Positions 7,994 through 17,882 are shown, counted from the first letter of the stretch. The stretch is DNA of 64,000 nucleotides from Candidatus Melainabacteria bacterium 17Bon1m (GCA_032128875.1 JAVLKG010000005.1:352001-416000), one strand, 5' to 3'. Numbers and translations are program-made. Notes: a model not told the origin generated them from the letters alone.

Positions 7994-8944
7994 TTAGCAG
8001 CACTTTTCTGCTTGCGGCTTTGCGGAGCCCTCAGGTGCCGGAGAATTGGCGAGCGCTTTACGCAACGAGCCACCATACTTAGTGAGCAGCTCTTCAGCTT
8101 GCGCGCGGCCGAGTTTTCTCTTGGTCATCAAAATGGCCGTTTTTGCTTTGTTTTGCGATGCGACCAGCGCGCCTTCAGCGATGTGTCGTGGCACTTCGCC
8201 ACAGATCGAGATGATCGAAACAGCACGCTCTCTCAATTTCTCATTGGTCGGTTTGAGGTCAACCATGAGGTTTTCGTAGACTTTTCCGAGGCGAACCATC
8301 GTACAGGTCGTGAGAAGATTGAGAATCATCTTTTGAGCCGTACCGGCTTTCATGCGGGTTGAACCCGTCAAGGCTTCGGCTCCGACGACTGCAGTGATGG
8401 TCACATCACACAGTCCGTCCAGTCCGCCGAAGTTGTTGACGATACCGATTCTGGCTGCTCCAGCTTCGCGCGCTTGTTCGAGAGCGCCTATTACGTACGG
8501 TGTCCTGCCAGAGGCCGTGATCCCAACAACAATGTCTTTGTCTGTGATTTTTGCGGAGATTGCGTCTTGCTCGCCCATCTCTTTTGAGTCTTCGGCATTT
8601 TCGAATGAGCGGAACATCGCTTCTTTGCCGCCGGCAATGTGCGCTGCTACCAATTCTGAATCGATGCCGAAAGTCGGCGAGCATTCGGTGGCGTCCAGAA
8701 CGCCGAGGCGACCACTGGTGCCTGCTCCGAAATAAATGAGTCTTCCACCGTTGTGGAGTCTTTCTGTAATCAAGTCAACGGCTTTGGCGATGTCCGGCAC
8801 TGCGGCTTTTACCGCTTCGGCTACCGCGAAATCTTCGTTTTGTACTCGAGAGACCAATTCGGTCGTATCAAGAAGATCCAGGTCCATCGTGTGAGCATTG
8901 CGCTCTTCCGTGATCATCTTGTTGAACTCTTGCGTGAAACCCAT
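7994..8944 (-). CDS. murQ: N-acetylmuramic acid 6-phosphate etherase
   Basis: TEERN, GAGTSGRLGVLDATECSPTFG, GSTRMKAGTAQK, GKVYENLMVD. ATG at 8944 has a GGAGA RBS. Confidence 0.95.
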   Translation of the reverse strand: MGFTQEFNKMITEERNAHTMDLDLLDTTELVSRVQNEDFAVAEAVKAAVPDIAKAVDLITERLHNGGRLIYFGAGTSGRLGVLDATECSPTFGIDSELVAAHIAGGKEAMFRSFENAEDSKEMGEQDAISAKITDKDIVVGITASGRTPYVIGALEQAREAGAARIGIVNNFGGLDGLCDVTITAVVGAEALTGSTRMKAGTAQKMILNLLTTCTMVRLGKVYENLMVDLKPTNEKLRERAVSIISICGEVPRHIAEGALVASQNKAKTAILMTKRKLGRAQAEELLTKYGGSLRKALANSPAPEGSAKPQAEKCC

Positions 8945-9213
8945 GTCTGATCTCCAAATGTTCCCAGGCACCCCATTTCAATGAGTGTAGCGTACTTAAT
9001 GAGAATAAGAGGGTTACACGCTCGAAGGATTGGTGAATCCCCGCTTTTAATCAATCTCACGAATTGTCATGTGGTGCGAGACTGGCAACCTGTGGCGCTG
9101 CCGAGGTTTTGTCCTGATATCCGAACGGATACCGGATGTTGCAAGGTCGCAACAACTTTGGCTGTCCGGCTCAATTTGTGGCGAAGGTAACCAGGCTGAG
9201 CTCTGCGCTCGAT

Positions 9214-10629
9214 TTACTTGACGCAAGCAGTCTCTGGCTCATTGTGTTTGAGTGAAACCCGTCCGCGCTTGATAAACTTGCCGTCGCCGGCTTTGCCGAC
9301 ATATTTCTCGTTCTCTATGACGACTTTTCCACGTGAAAGCACTGTTTCCGTAACACCCTGAACCTCCATGCCCTCGTAGCAGTTGTAGTCCACGTTCATG
9401 TGATGGGTTTTGGCCGAAAGAATCATTTTTTTGTTAGGGTTGAAGATAACGATGTCAGCGTCTGAGCCGACTGCAATAGTGCCCTTTTTCGGGAAGAGTC
9501 CGAAGATTTTGGCTGGGCTGGTCGAGGTCAATTCCACAAAACGGTTTACCGAAATACGCCCTTGCACGACACCGCCGTTGTAGATAAGGCTCATGCGAGT
9601 TTCGACGCCTGGTCCGCCGTTAGGAATCTTGCTGAAATCGTCTTTGCCGAGTTCCTTTTGGTCTTTGAAGCAGAACGGACAGTGGTCAGTGGAGATGACT
9701 TGCAAGTCGTTCATTCGCAAACCGGTCCAGAGCTTTTCTTGATTCCACTTTTCTCGCAGCGCTGGCGTCATGACATATTTTGCGCCTTCGAAACCTTCTT
9801 TCTCATAGTGGGTGTAGTCGAGGAAAAGGTATTGCGGACAAGTCTCGGCGAATGCCGGAATGCCTTCATCGCGGGCTTCTACGACTTTCTTGAGGGCGTC
9901 ATAGCAGCTCAAGTGGACGATGTAAACAGGCGAATTTGCCATTTCGGCTAGCGCAATGGAGCGGTTGACGCCTTCTGATTCGGCCTGGGTCGGTCGCGTG
10001 AGCGCGTGATATTTAGGCGCGGTGTGTCCTTTGGCTAACGCTCGTTGCACAATTTCGTTGATAACGATGCCGTTTTCCGCGTGCATGCAAACAAGCCCGC
10101 CTTCGTTGCCGCAGAATTCCATGGCTCTGAAGATGGTGGCATCGTCGACCAGCAAAACCCCTGGATAAGCCATAAACATCTTGAAACTGGTTACGCCTTC
10201 ATCGTGAATCAGGCGTTTCAAATCTTTCGTGCGCTCATGTGGCAGGTCCGTCACGATCATGTGAAAGGCGTAGTCGATTGCGGTTTTGCCGGCAGCCTTT
10301 TCGTGCCAGGTGTCCAGAGCTTCCATAATCGCCTGCCCCTTAGTCTGGATAGCGAAGTCGATGATGGTTGTGGTTCCGCCGTGCGCAGCCGCCAGTGTGC
10401 CTGTTTTGAAATCGTCGGCCGATGTCGTGCCGCCGAAAGGCATGTCCATATGGGTGTGAGCGTCGATGCCGCCGGGTATGACCAGGCGATCTTTCGCATC
10501 AATGACCTTGTCTGCTTCCATATCCAGCGTTTTGCCAATCACTGATATGGTTTCGCCGTCTATCAAAATGTCGGCTACGTAATCGTCTACCGCTGTGACT
10601 ATGCGACCGTTTTTGATCAGTGTCTTCAC
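9214..10629 (-). CDS. hydA: Dihydropyrimidinase / D-hydantoinase
   Basis: PGGIDAHTH, SFKMFMAY, HAENG, VHLS, STDHCPF motifs. Likely GTG start at 10629. Confidence 0.93.
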   Translation of the reverse strand: MKTLIKNGRIVTAVDDYVADILIDGETISVIGKTLDMEADKVIDAKDRLVIPGGIDAHTHMDMPFGGTTSADDFKTGTLAAAHGGTTTIIDFAIQTKGQAIMEALDTWHEKAAGKTAIDYAFHMIVTDLPHERTKDLKRLIHDEGVTSFKMFMAYPGVLLVDDATIFRAMEFCGNEGGLVCMHAENGIVINEIVQRALAKGHTAPKYHALTRPTQAESEGVNRSIALAEMANSPVYIVHLSCYDALKKVVEARDEGIPAFAETCPQYLFLDYTHYEKEGFEGAKYVMTPALREKWNQEKLWTGLRMNDLQVISTDHCPFCFKDQKELGKDDFSKIPNGGPGVETRMSLIYNGGVVQGRISVNRFVELTSTSPAKIFGLFPKKGTIAVGSDADIVIFNPNKKMILSAKTHHMNVDYNCYEGMEVQGVTETVLSRGKVVIENEKYVGKAGDGKFIKRGRVSLKHNEPETACVK

Positions 10630-11063
10630 TTGAACCACCTTTGTTGAAACGACGTCGTGTCTGGCTGGCGCCTGATTTGAGCAAATGTCAGGCTAAAACG
10701 CCCTCGACCCTTGCTGTAGTCAAAACTACCCAGTGCGCGAAGAACTGAAAACCCTGTGTATCGAAGTAGTAGGACCGCAGATCCGGAAGGATGCCTGGTG
10801 GATATGCGATCGGCTCGCGGTGTTCCGCTTAGAAACTTTGGCTTGAAGGTTAATTTCGAGGTGTTGGCTAAATAAGATCTGAGGTTGAAATCTGTAGAAT
10901 TCACCATTTCGCCCGAGAGGCTCACCGAGTTATAAAACTGGCACCCTCACATTGCAAAATGACTCCGAGCGCCTTAAACCGCAAGCACTGGAAACAAGCG
11001 CAAGCATGTCCGATGATCACCATCTAGTTGCTTTGCCCTGTTTGTCCGAGGAGTTTCCAGTCT

Positions 11064-12989
11064 GTGAAAGGTGTGACGCCTGAAGTAATTTCCGAAGTTC
11101 GCCACCGAGCGAACATTGTCGACATCATCTCCGAAACAGTCGTCTTGAAGAAAGCCGGCAAGGAGTATCGCGGGCTTTGCCCGTTTCACAACGAAAAGTC
11201 AGGGTCTTTTTACGTCAATCCGGACAAAGGAATTTTTAAATGCTTTGGCTGCGGTGAAGGCGGTGATGTTTTCGCTTTTCTGCAAAAGGCGAAGGGCAAC
11301 GATTTCATTGATACAGTGCGTGATCTTGCTAATCGCTATGGCATTCGATTGGTCGAAACGGTTGAGGAAAAACAGCATTACGACCGGCGCGCGCAATTTT
11401 TCTCATTAAACGACGCCGCCTGCAACTATTTCTGTCAATTGCTGCAAGACCCTACTGATGGCGCTACTGCCAGGGCCTATCTGGAAGGGCGCGGTATCAG
11501 CGAGGAAATAATCGCTCGTTTCAAACTGGGCTTCGCGCCAAATTCTTGGGACGGTCTGCTGCGTTATTTGAACAGCACGATGAAAGTTTCGGAAGCGACG
11601 CTTGAAGAAGCAGGGCTTGTCCGCCGCCGCGCGGAGTCGACTGGAGTGTATGACCTTTTCCGCAATCGTTTAATGGTTCCGATTATGGACGATCAGGGGC
11701 GTGTAGTGGCGTTTGGCGGACGTACTCTTGGCGACGATCAAGTGAAATATCTCAATTCCCCTGAGACCCCGATATACGTAAAAGGGCAGCACCTTTACGG
11801 TTTTAACCTCGCAAAAGAGGCAATCAAAGCTAAGGACTCAGTTATTGTTGTCGAAGGATATTTCGATGCAATCAGTCTCCACCAGTACGGATTCACCAAT
11901 TCCGTAGCGACTCTGGGAACAGCACTGACCGAGCAGCAAGCAAAAATGCTTGTTCGATACACCGATTCGAAACGTGTCTTTCTTTCATTCGATAGCGACC
12001 AGGCTGGACAGAAAGCCGTCGAACGCGGGGCTGAAGCCATCAATCAGATTGCCGAAGGCGTCGGTATCGAATTGCGAGTCATCCGCATTCCGGGCGGCAA
12101 AGATCCCGATGAGTGTTTGCGCAGCGAAGGCGGACCGGAAGCATTCGCAAGGGCAATGGATTCAGCGCCACCTTTTATCGATCACGAACTTCGGACCGCT
12201 CTAAAAGACGCCGACCTGACGACACACACCGGGCGATTGGAGGCGGCAGGGCAGATTGTTCCTATCCTTGCGCAGATCAAGAACCCCATGGTGCGTGGCG
12301 AGTATATTCGTTTGTTTGCAATGGAGATCGGAGCCAAAGAAGATGAGCTCGGGCATTCTGTCCGTGAACAAATGAAGCAAATCAGAAAGCCTTTCAAGCC
12401 GGACAGTTTCGGTAGCGGCGCCGCCAAAGTTATGAAAAGCCGCGGAACGGTTGGTACACCGGGCTCCGGTGGCTTGGCTGGAGTAATGGATGCAGAACGA
12501 AACTTGCTGGCGTTGTTGCTAACAAGCCGCGAAGACTATACGCAAGCATTTCCTGTTGTGATGAATATCGATTTCAATGTGCCCGCGCATCGTACTCTCA
12601 AAGACGCATTTGAAGGTGTCGGCGACCAGTTTGCCACTGTCCAGGACCTGAGCGATCGCGTCATGGACCGTGCCGCGCCTGACAAAGCCGCTTCGTCGGC
12701 GATGGTCGACGTTATTCTCAAAGTAGAAGAGTTTCGCAAGCAGCAGCGTCCGTCCGATGTGGTTATCAAAGATTCTTTCGCCAGGCTTATTAAAGAGCGC
12801 ATGGAGCTGGCCAGCCGCCAGATGCGCGCCACGCTGGCTTCAACTCTTCCTGAGGACGAGTTGATAGAGCTGCAGGGTAAAATATCCATGCTTCAGCGTC
12901 TGCAATCGAGCGATTTGCTCGCCGCCAGTTCTCTCGACGAACTCAACGAATTGACCTCAAAGATCAACGAAATAATACCGGTGAATTAA
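11064..12989 (+). CDS. dnaG: DNA primase
   Basis: CPFH...CFGC zinc-binding domain, KYLNSPET, VEGYFD and FDSDQAG TOPRIM motifs. GTG start after a GAGGAG RBS. Confidence 0.97.
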   Translation: MKGVTPEVISEVRHRANIVDIISETVVLKKAGKEYRGLCPFHNEKSGSFYVNPDKGIFKCFGCGEGGDVFAFLQKAKGNDFIDTVRDLANRYGIRLVETVEEKQHYDRRAQFFSLNDAACNYFCQLLQDPTDGATARAYLEGRGISEEIIARFKLGFAPNSWDGLLRYLNSTMKVSEATLEEAGLVRRRAESTGVYDLFRNRLMVPIMDDQGRVVAFGGRTLGDDQVKYLNSPETPIYVKGQHLYGFNLAKEAIKAKDSVIVVEGYFDAISLHQYGFTNSVATLGTALTEQQAKMLVRYTDSKRVFLSFDSDQAGQKAVERGAEAINQIAEGVGIELRVIRIPGGKDPDECLRSEGGPEAFARAMDSAPPFIDHELRTALKDADLTTHTGRLEAAGQIVPILAQIKNPMVRGEYIRLFAMEIGAKEDELGHSVREQMKQIRKPFKPDSFGSGAAKVMKSRGTVGTPGSGGLAGVMDAERNLLALLLTSREDYTQAFPVVMNIDFNVPAHRTLKDAFEGVGDQFATVQDLSDRVMDRAAPDKAASSAMVDVILKVEEFRKQQRPSDVVIKDSFARLIKERMELASRQMRATLASTLPEDELIELQGKISMLQRLQSSDLLAASSLDELNELTSKINEIIPVN

Positions 12990-14038
12990 TGGAAGTAGGT
13001 GCGCCAGCCAATTTGTTGATGGGTGTCATTGCCGGCGCCACCATTTTTCTGGGATTGCCTGTCGCTTTTTTGCGTGGTGTTGGTGAGAAAACCCGCGGCA
13101 GCCTGACGATGGCAGCGTGCGGTGTGCTCGTATTGCTGATTGTCGATGTCGGCTACCACATGATCGAATCGCTCGAAAGAACCGCTATGGAAGCCAATTG
13201 GCACAAGCTCGGTATCATGTCGGCAATTGTTTTTCTGGGCTTGATGTACGGACTTGTCGGTCTGGCAAAACTCGAAGAAAGGCGTGGCGCAATGAAAGGG
13301 GAAGGCGATCCGCTTTCGATAGCCACGATGATCGCAATCGGTATCGGCTTGCACAATTTCGCAGAAGGGCTGGCGATCGGCCAGTCGTTCTCTGGCGGAT
13401 CGATAAGTCTTGGCGTGGTTCTGGTTGTCGGTTTTGCCATGCACAACGCCACTGAAGGTTTTGGAATTGCCGCACCGCTTGCCGGCAAACCTGTAAGCTT
13501 TTGGCGCATTGCGCTGCTTGGATTGATCGGCGGAGGACCCACAGCCATCGGTGCGCTTATCGGCGGTTTTTTCGTCAATGAGTACGTCACACTTCTTTTC
13601 CTCACGCTCGCTGTCGGATCTTTGATTTATGTCGTGAGAGAGCTATTGCGCTTGCGTTTTGCTTCTTTGACGCCTTCAGGAGCCATGCTGGCGCTTAGCA
13701 TGGGGCTTTTGTTTGGCATCTATACAGAAATTGCTGTCGAGGCAGCCACGAATTCGAGTCGTTCAACCACTGTGCAAAATGCTATCGAAATTGACTTTTC
13801 GCGCGCTACGGCGGGTAAATCAATGTCTGTGCCTGCCGGCTGCAACATTGTCATCAAAAACTCTGAATCCACGACATTGGAGTTTGAATCAGATGGACTC
13901 TTTGCAGGCGAACTCTTTTTGAAGTCAGGAGAGCAAGCTTCCGTCTCAGTTACAAACAAGGCCGGTGAATACAAATTGATTATCGAAGATACTGATTTCG
14001 CGCCGATCTCTGTAAAAGTAACACCGGTAAGCAAGTAA
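12989..14038 (+). CDS. ZIP-family metal transporter with C-terminal cupredoxin-like domain
   Basis: GLHNFAEG and MHNATEG TM4/TM5 motifs. Soluble tail VPAG...IKNSESTTLEFES...GEY resembles EfeO/FtrB-type cupredoxin domains. Confidence 0.85.
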   Translation: MEVGAPANLLMGVIAGATIFLGLPVAFLRGVGEKTRGSLTMAACGVLVLLIVDVGYHMIESLERTAMEANWHKLGIMSAIVFLGLMYGLVGLAKLEERRGAMKGEGDPLSIATMIAIGIGLHNFAEGLAIGQSFSGGSISLGVVLVVGFAMHNATEGFGIAAPLAGKPVSFWRIALLGLIGGGPTAIGALIGGFFVNEYVTLLFLTLAVGSLIYVVRELLRLRFASLTPSGAMLALSMGLLFGIYTEIAVEAATNSSRSTTVQNAIEIDFSRATAGKSMSVPAGCNIVIKNSESTTLEFESDGLFAGELFLKSGEQASVSVTNKAGEYKLIIEDTDFAPISVKVTPVSK

Positions 14039-14057
14039 GTTCTCTTTCTGAGCAGTA

Positions 14058-14489
14058 CTAATTGTGGCTGGAGTAAGGCGGTAACGCAACCGTCGAAAAC
14101 CAGTATTCGAGTATGTTTTTTGCCACTCGTTTGTATTCTTCGAAGCGAATAGGTTTCACAATATAGCTGTTGCAATAATTGTCATAGCAAAACGAAATGT
14201 CTTGCTCGAGGTTTGACGTGCTCAAGATAACTACTGGAATGCGGCGCAGCTGCGGGTGCTCTTTGAGACGTTTTAACATCTCGCGTCCGTCCATCTTGGG
14301 AAGATTCAGATCCAGAACGATGAGATCAGGTGTTGTTTCACCCTGATTTTGAATTCCTTCCTCCAGAACAATCAATGCTTTTTTAGCGTCATGAGTCACT
14401 TGTACTGAGGCTTCGATGCCTATGCACTCGAACGCTTCTTTCAATAAATCCGAATCAGCACGATTATCTTCAACGTGGAGGATGTTCAT
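14058..14489 (-). CDS. Single-domain response regulator, Rcp1-like
   Basis: VEDN, PDLIVLDLNLPKMDG, LSTS, NSYIVKP, YWF signature of phytochrome-type regulators. Confidence 0.92.
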   Translation of the reverse strand: MNILHVEDNRADSDLLKEAFECIGIEASVQVTHDAKKALIVLEEGIQNQGETTPDLIVLDLNLPKMDGREMLKRLKEHPQLRRIPVVILSTSNLEQDISFCYDNYCNSYIVKPIRFEEYKRVAKNILEYWFSTVALPPYSSHN

Positions 14490-16746
14490 TCGCTGAAGAA
14501 TCCCCCGTGGCATTTTGGGTTAATGGCAGTTGGACGAAGAAATCCGAACCTTTTCCAGGCTTTGATTTTACCCAGATGGCACCATTGTGCCGGTCTACGA
14601 TTCTTTTGCAAATTGCTAGTCCCATACCTGTTCCCGGATATTCATCGCGAGTATGGAGGCGCTGGAAAATGACAAATATTCTCTCGAAATGTTCTTCTTC
14701 CATGCCAATACCGTTGTCCTTGAAATCCAGCGTAAGAACGCCGTTTTCCACAGTCGGGCTGATTGAGATCTGCGGGGTTTCCTTCCTTCTGTATTTGATG
14801 GCATTGCCGATCAAGTTTTGAAAGAGAAGCAGCATTTGTGAGCGATCTGCCTGTATCTTGGGCAGTTTGCTCGCCATAACGATGGCATTGCTTTCTTCAA
14901 TTGCTATACGCAAGTTTTTTGTAGCGGAGAGAAAAACCTCTTCAAGATCGACTACTGTGAATGGCTTTCCGTGAGTGTCTACACGGCTATAATGCAAGAG
15001 GTCTTGGATCAAGGCTTGCATTCTTTCCGAAGACTCGGCAATTCGGTTGATGTATTTTACCGCCCGCTCATCGAGATTGGCAGCGTACCTGCTCGTTAGC
15101 AAATCGCTGTAATTCGCCATTGCTCTCAGCGGTTCTTGGAGGTCATGAGCGGCGGCAAAAGCAAACTGCTTTAACTCGTTGTTTGAGCGTTCTAAATCGC
15201 GAGAGAATTTTTTCAGTGCCTCTTCTGATTTTCTCTTTTCAGTGATGTCGCGTGATATGACGGAAATTTCTGTGATTTTGTCCTTTTCGTTTCGAATGCA
15301 AGAGATAGTTAAGGCAACTGGAATTTCCACCCCGTCTTTGCGTTTGTGGACAGCCTCGAGCATCTTTGGCGGTGTGCCTGCCATTACCATTGTTCTTATT
15401 GCTTCGGTCTCAGGCGTGGGTCCATCATCGAGAGTAATTGTGTAAATCGACTTTCCGAGAATTTCTTCTTGCGAGTATCCGTAGATTTTTTCCGCGCCGC
15501 TATTCCAACTCATTACATTGCTTTCGAGATCTACGCTGAAAATGGCATCGTTACTCTGTTCTACAATGTCGGCTAGCTTCAGTCTTTCTCTTTCGGCCGG
15601 CTCTAACTCTCTAATGCGCTCCTTAAGCATCATGTTGAGTTTTTGAATTTCCATTTTCCCGCGGCGACGCTCAACGATCTCTGCGATTAAATGCGCCGCA
15701 GAGAGCAATCTTTTCTTTGACTGCTCAATGATGAAAGGCGGGCGGCTGTGATACTTTTGCGATTGATTGGATAGCTCTTCGCTGCTTGTTTCATACTTAG
15801 CAGCGAGTTCGTCCAGCACACTTTTATCTTTAGGCGGATCTCCGTATCCAATGTTGATTGATCCGACAATGTCATTGCCGGCCTTGATAGGAACAGCAAA
15901 GATGCGGATGCCGCCGTTGCAAGGTTGGTCGACTGGCATACCGCTTGCGACTGCGCTCATCGAGGTTTCGCGGCAAGACTGGTTGCAATGCCATTTGCCT
16001 GAATCTATAGCCTGCTGGTTGTCTCCGGGCGCCAATTGCCTGGAGCGCTCATCCATGAAGCGGCACCACTTCGAGGCTTTGATGCTCAATGCGCAATCGC
16101 CGTTTGCTTCGAAAATTGCCGCTGAAGTTTCCAGCAGATTGAGTCCATCGTCCAAAATTTCTTTCAAAAGCGAGTCACCGACTGCCTCAAGAATTATGCG
16201 GCTAGTATTGAGCTCAGACAGATCTCCATAAGGTTGAGGCGCTCGACTGTCACTATCTGTGGTGCCAAGGCTTTTTTGCAATAGCCATTGAATTCGATTG
16301 AGCGCGTCGCGCGCTCCTGATTCGAGATCTTGCGACGGGGGATTTCCTTTGATGCGCATGCATGTCAGCGTCATCAGGTTTGTCGCCCTGTCCAGCAAGA
16401 CTTCAGTATCGATGCCCAGGTCTGCCGCTGTGCAGATGTGTTTGCAGACTTCACTGTTTAGCGATGTTATGGCTTTCAGGCACGGCTCGCTCTCGAAAAG
16501 AAGGCTTTCCAATAGCTCGCACAATACGACTGCGCAGTCCCGGGGCATCCTTAAGTCGGTAGAAAAGATCGCGTCGACAAAGACTTGAGCGATTGTCTGG
16601 AATAAGTCTTCTTTGCCCGCGATATAGAGGGACTTTGCCCTCAGCTTTTTCATCCAGCCGCCACTCACTGCTGCATCAAGAAGACCGCGTCGAAGCTCAC
16701 TGACGCTGTTTTCAACAGGCTGAGTACTACTGGTTGAGTCTCGCAT
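14470..16746 (-). CDS. Soluble PocR-PAS histidine kinase with Cph1/BphP-type transmitter
   Basis: Cys-containing PocR-like segment (KWCRF...WHCNQSC...PCNGGIRIFAVPI), PAS (SWNSGAEKIYGY), HDLQEPLR H-box, FQRLHTRDEYPGTGMGLAIC. Confidence 0.88.
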   Translation of the reverse strand: MRDSTSSTQPVENSVSELRRGLLDAAVSGGWMKKLRAKSLYIAGKEDLFQTIAQVFVDAIFSTDLRMPRDCAVVLCELLESLLFESEPCLKAITSLNSEVCKHICTAADLGIDTEVLLDRATNLMTLTCMRIKGNPPSQDLESGARDALNRIQWLLQKSLGTTDSDSRAPQPYGDLSELNTSRIILEAVGDSLLKEILDDGLNLLETSAAIFEANGDCALSIKASKWCRFMDERSRQLAPGDNQQAIDSGKWHCNQSCRETSMSAVASGMPVDQPCNGGIRIFAVPIKAGNDIVGSINIGYGDPPKDKSVLDELAAKYETSSEELSNQSQKYHSRPPFIIEQSKKRLLSAAHLIAEIVERRRGKMEIQKLNMMLKERIRELEPAERERLKLADIVEQSNDAIFSVDLESNVMSWNSGAEKIYGYSQEEILGKSIYTITLDDGPTPETEAIRTMVMAGTPPKMLEAVHKRKDGVEIPVALTISCIRNEKDKITEISVISRDITEKRKSEEALKKFSRDLERSNNELKQFAFAAAHDLQEPLRAMANYSDLLTSRYAANLDERAVKYINRIAESSERMQALIQDLLHYSRVDTHGKPFTVVDLEEVFLSATKNLRIAIEESNAIVMASKLPKIQADRSQMLLLFQNLIGNAIKYRRKETPQISISPTVENGVLTLDFKDNGIGMEEEHFERIFVIFQRLHTRDEYPGTGMGLAICKRIVDRHNGAIWVKSKPGKGSDFFVQLPLTQNATGDSSANEHPPR

Positions 16747-16851
16747 ATACCTTTAGCTTAATCTTTTCCAGTTTAAGTTGGAGCGGCCTTTCGAGTGATC
16801 TCGATGTGTATTTTGTGCCCCAAATTAGTGATTTAACTGTTGAAGAAGCTC

Positions 16852-16883
16852 AAAAACAACGAGAGAGGGTTCCCCCCCTCTCG
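16852..16883 (-). terminator. Probable intrinsic terminator
   Basis: Minus strand CGAGAGGGGGGGAACCCTCTCTCG stem-loop followed by TTGTTTTT. Confidence 0.6.
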
Positions 16884-17071
16884 CCCCTCCGATATAAATT
16901 CTTTCCTCACTTGCCAGGTGGGCTTTCAGCCGCGACAGGCGTTCGTTTGAGGATGTTTCAAATATAAGGCGAGTTTTGCCCGGAGTTGTTATCAACTTGT
17001 AAACGAATTCGATAATGCACTGCTCTGTCGCCTGAGATGCTTGCCAAGGTTGTGTTTGGCGCAGTTTTGGC

Positions 17072-17506
17072 TCAATTGCCTTTTCGGCGCTCTAGCCAGG
17101 CTACGCGACCCTTTAGCTGTCTGGTGAAAGGCACTAGCGTGACGTTCAGAATTGCCTCATTTGCATGCGTAGACGGCACTCCGGGTTTTTTACTTACAGT
17201 AATGTGTAAGGTGCCGCCGTCGAAAGGTCTCTCGCTCGAACCGTCGATTGAGACGACCAGTACCTGAATTTCCTCATTTACGGAAAAGCCTCTCGTTTCA
17301 AACTGGAGCGAGTCTCCAACGCAGCGCCCTCCCGGTATCCAGTCTGGCGAAAATGCCTCGCCATTGTGCGTGTAGGCAAGCGTTACGTGGTGGGCTCGCA
17401 CCTCTTCGTAGAGAGCGAGCTCCCGCACTAATTGGCGGCTGTCTTCGTCCAGCTCAACAGCCAAATACTTGCTTTCGTCATTGCTTTGCGAGTATGGGGC
17501 GCTCAT
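17072..17506 (-). CDS. Putative 2H phosphoesterase (cyclic phosphodiesterase-like)
   Basis: Two HxT motifs (HVTL and HITV) in a 144-aa protein. ATGA overlap with the upstream gene. Confidence 0.6.
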   Translation of the reverse strand: MSAPYSQSNDESKYLAVELDEDSRQLVRELALYEEVRAHHVTLAYTHNGEAFSPDWIPGGRCVGDSLQFETRGFSVNEEIQVLVVSIDGSSERPFDGGTLHITVSKKPGVPSTHANEAILNVTLVPFTRQLKGRVAWLERRKGN

Positions 17507-17790
17507 TCCTCAAGCCACTCCAGGACTTCTGCCTGACGTTTTATCTCTTCTATCATCTCGTACAACGAAGAAGCGTCCTGAGCCGGAACAGAGCCCGTTG
17601 GTACGGTTATGACTTTGACCGTGACGGCTCGAGAGCCCAATTCCAGATGGACCAGGTCGCCATCTTTGAGTGTCAGCGATGATTTGGCGGGACGATCATT
17701 GACATAAACTCGATTCTGATCGCAGGCCATTTGCGCCACGGTACGGCGTTTTATCAATCTGGAGACTTTTAGCCACTTATCTAGTCGCAT
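17503..17790 (-). CDS. S4-domain RNA-binding protein (YabO/RqcP/Hsp15-like)
   Basis: MRLDKWLKVSRLIKRRTVA...AK...GD pattern; short, with no Hsp15 basic C-terminal extension. Confidence 0.9.
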   Translation of the reverse strand: MRLDKWLKVSRLIKRRTVAQMACDQNRVYVNDRPAKSSLTLKDGDLVHLELGSRAVTVKVITVPTGSVPAQDASSLYEMIEEIKRQAEVLEWLEE

Positions 17791-17882
17791 TGAGAAAACT
17801 CTATCTCTGTATAAAACCGAAAACGCGGATTATATCTGAGCGTGTCTCGAATTAGCTGTTTGTGTGGCGCTCGGTTAAGCAG

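Noticed and set aside
7994-8944. murQ as part of the putative lytic effector system
   Set aside because: It is separated by unrelated genes, and murQ is a common housekeeping recycling gene; proximity alone is not evidence.
10770-10800. CAGATCCGGAAGGATGCC resembling the SRP RNA domain IV core
   Set aside because: It lacks the conserved AGCAG internal-loop strand and the long closing helix; only a short GGAA hairpin is supported.
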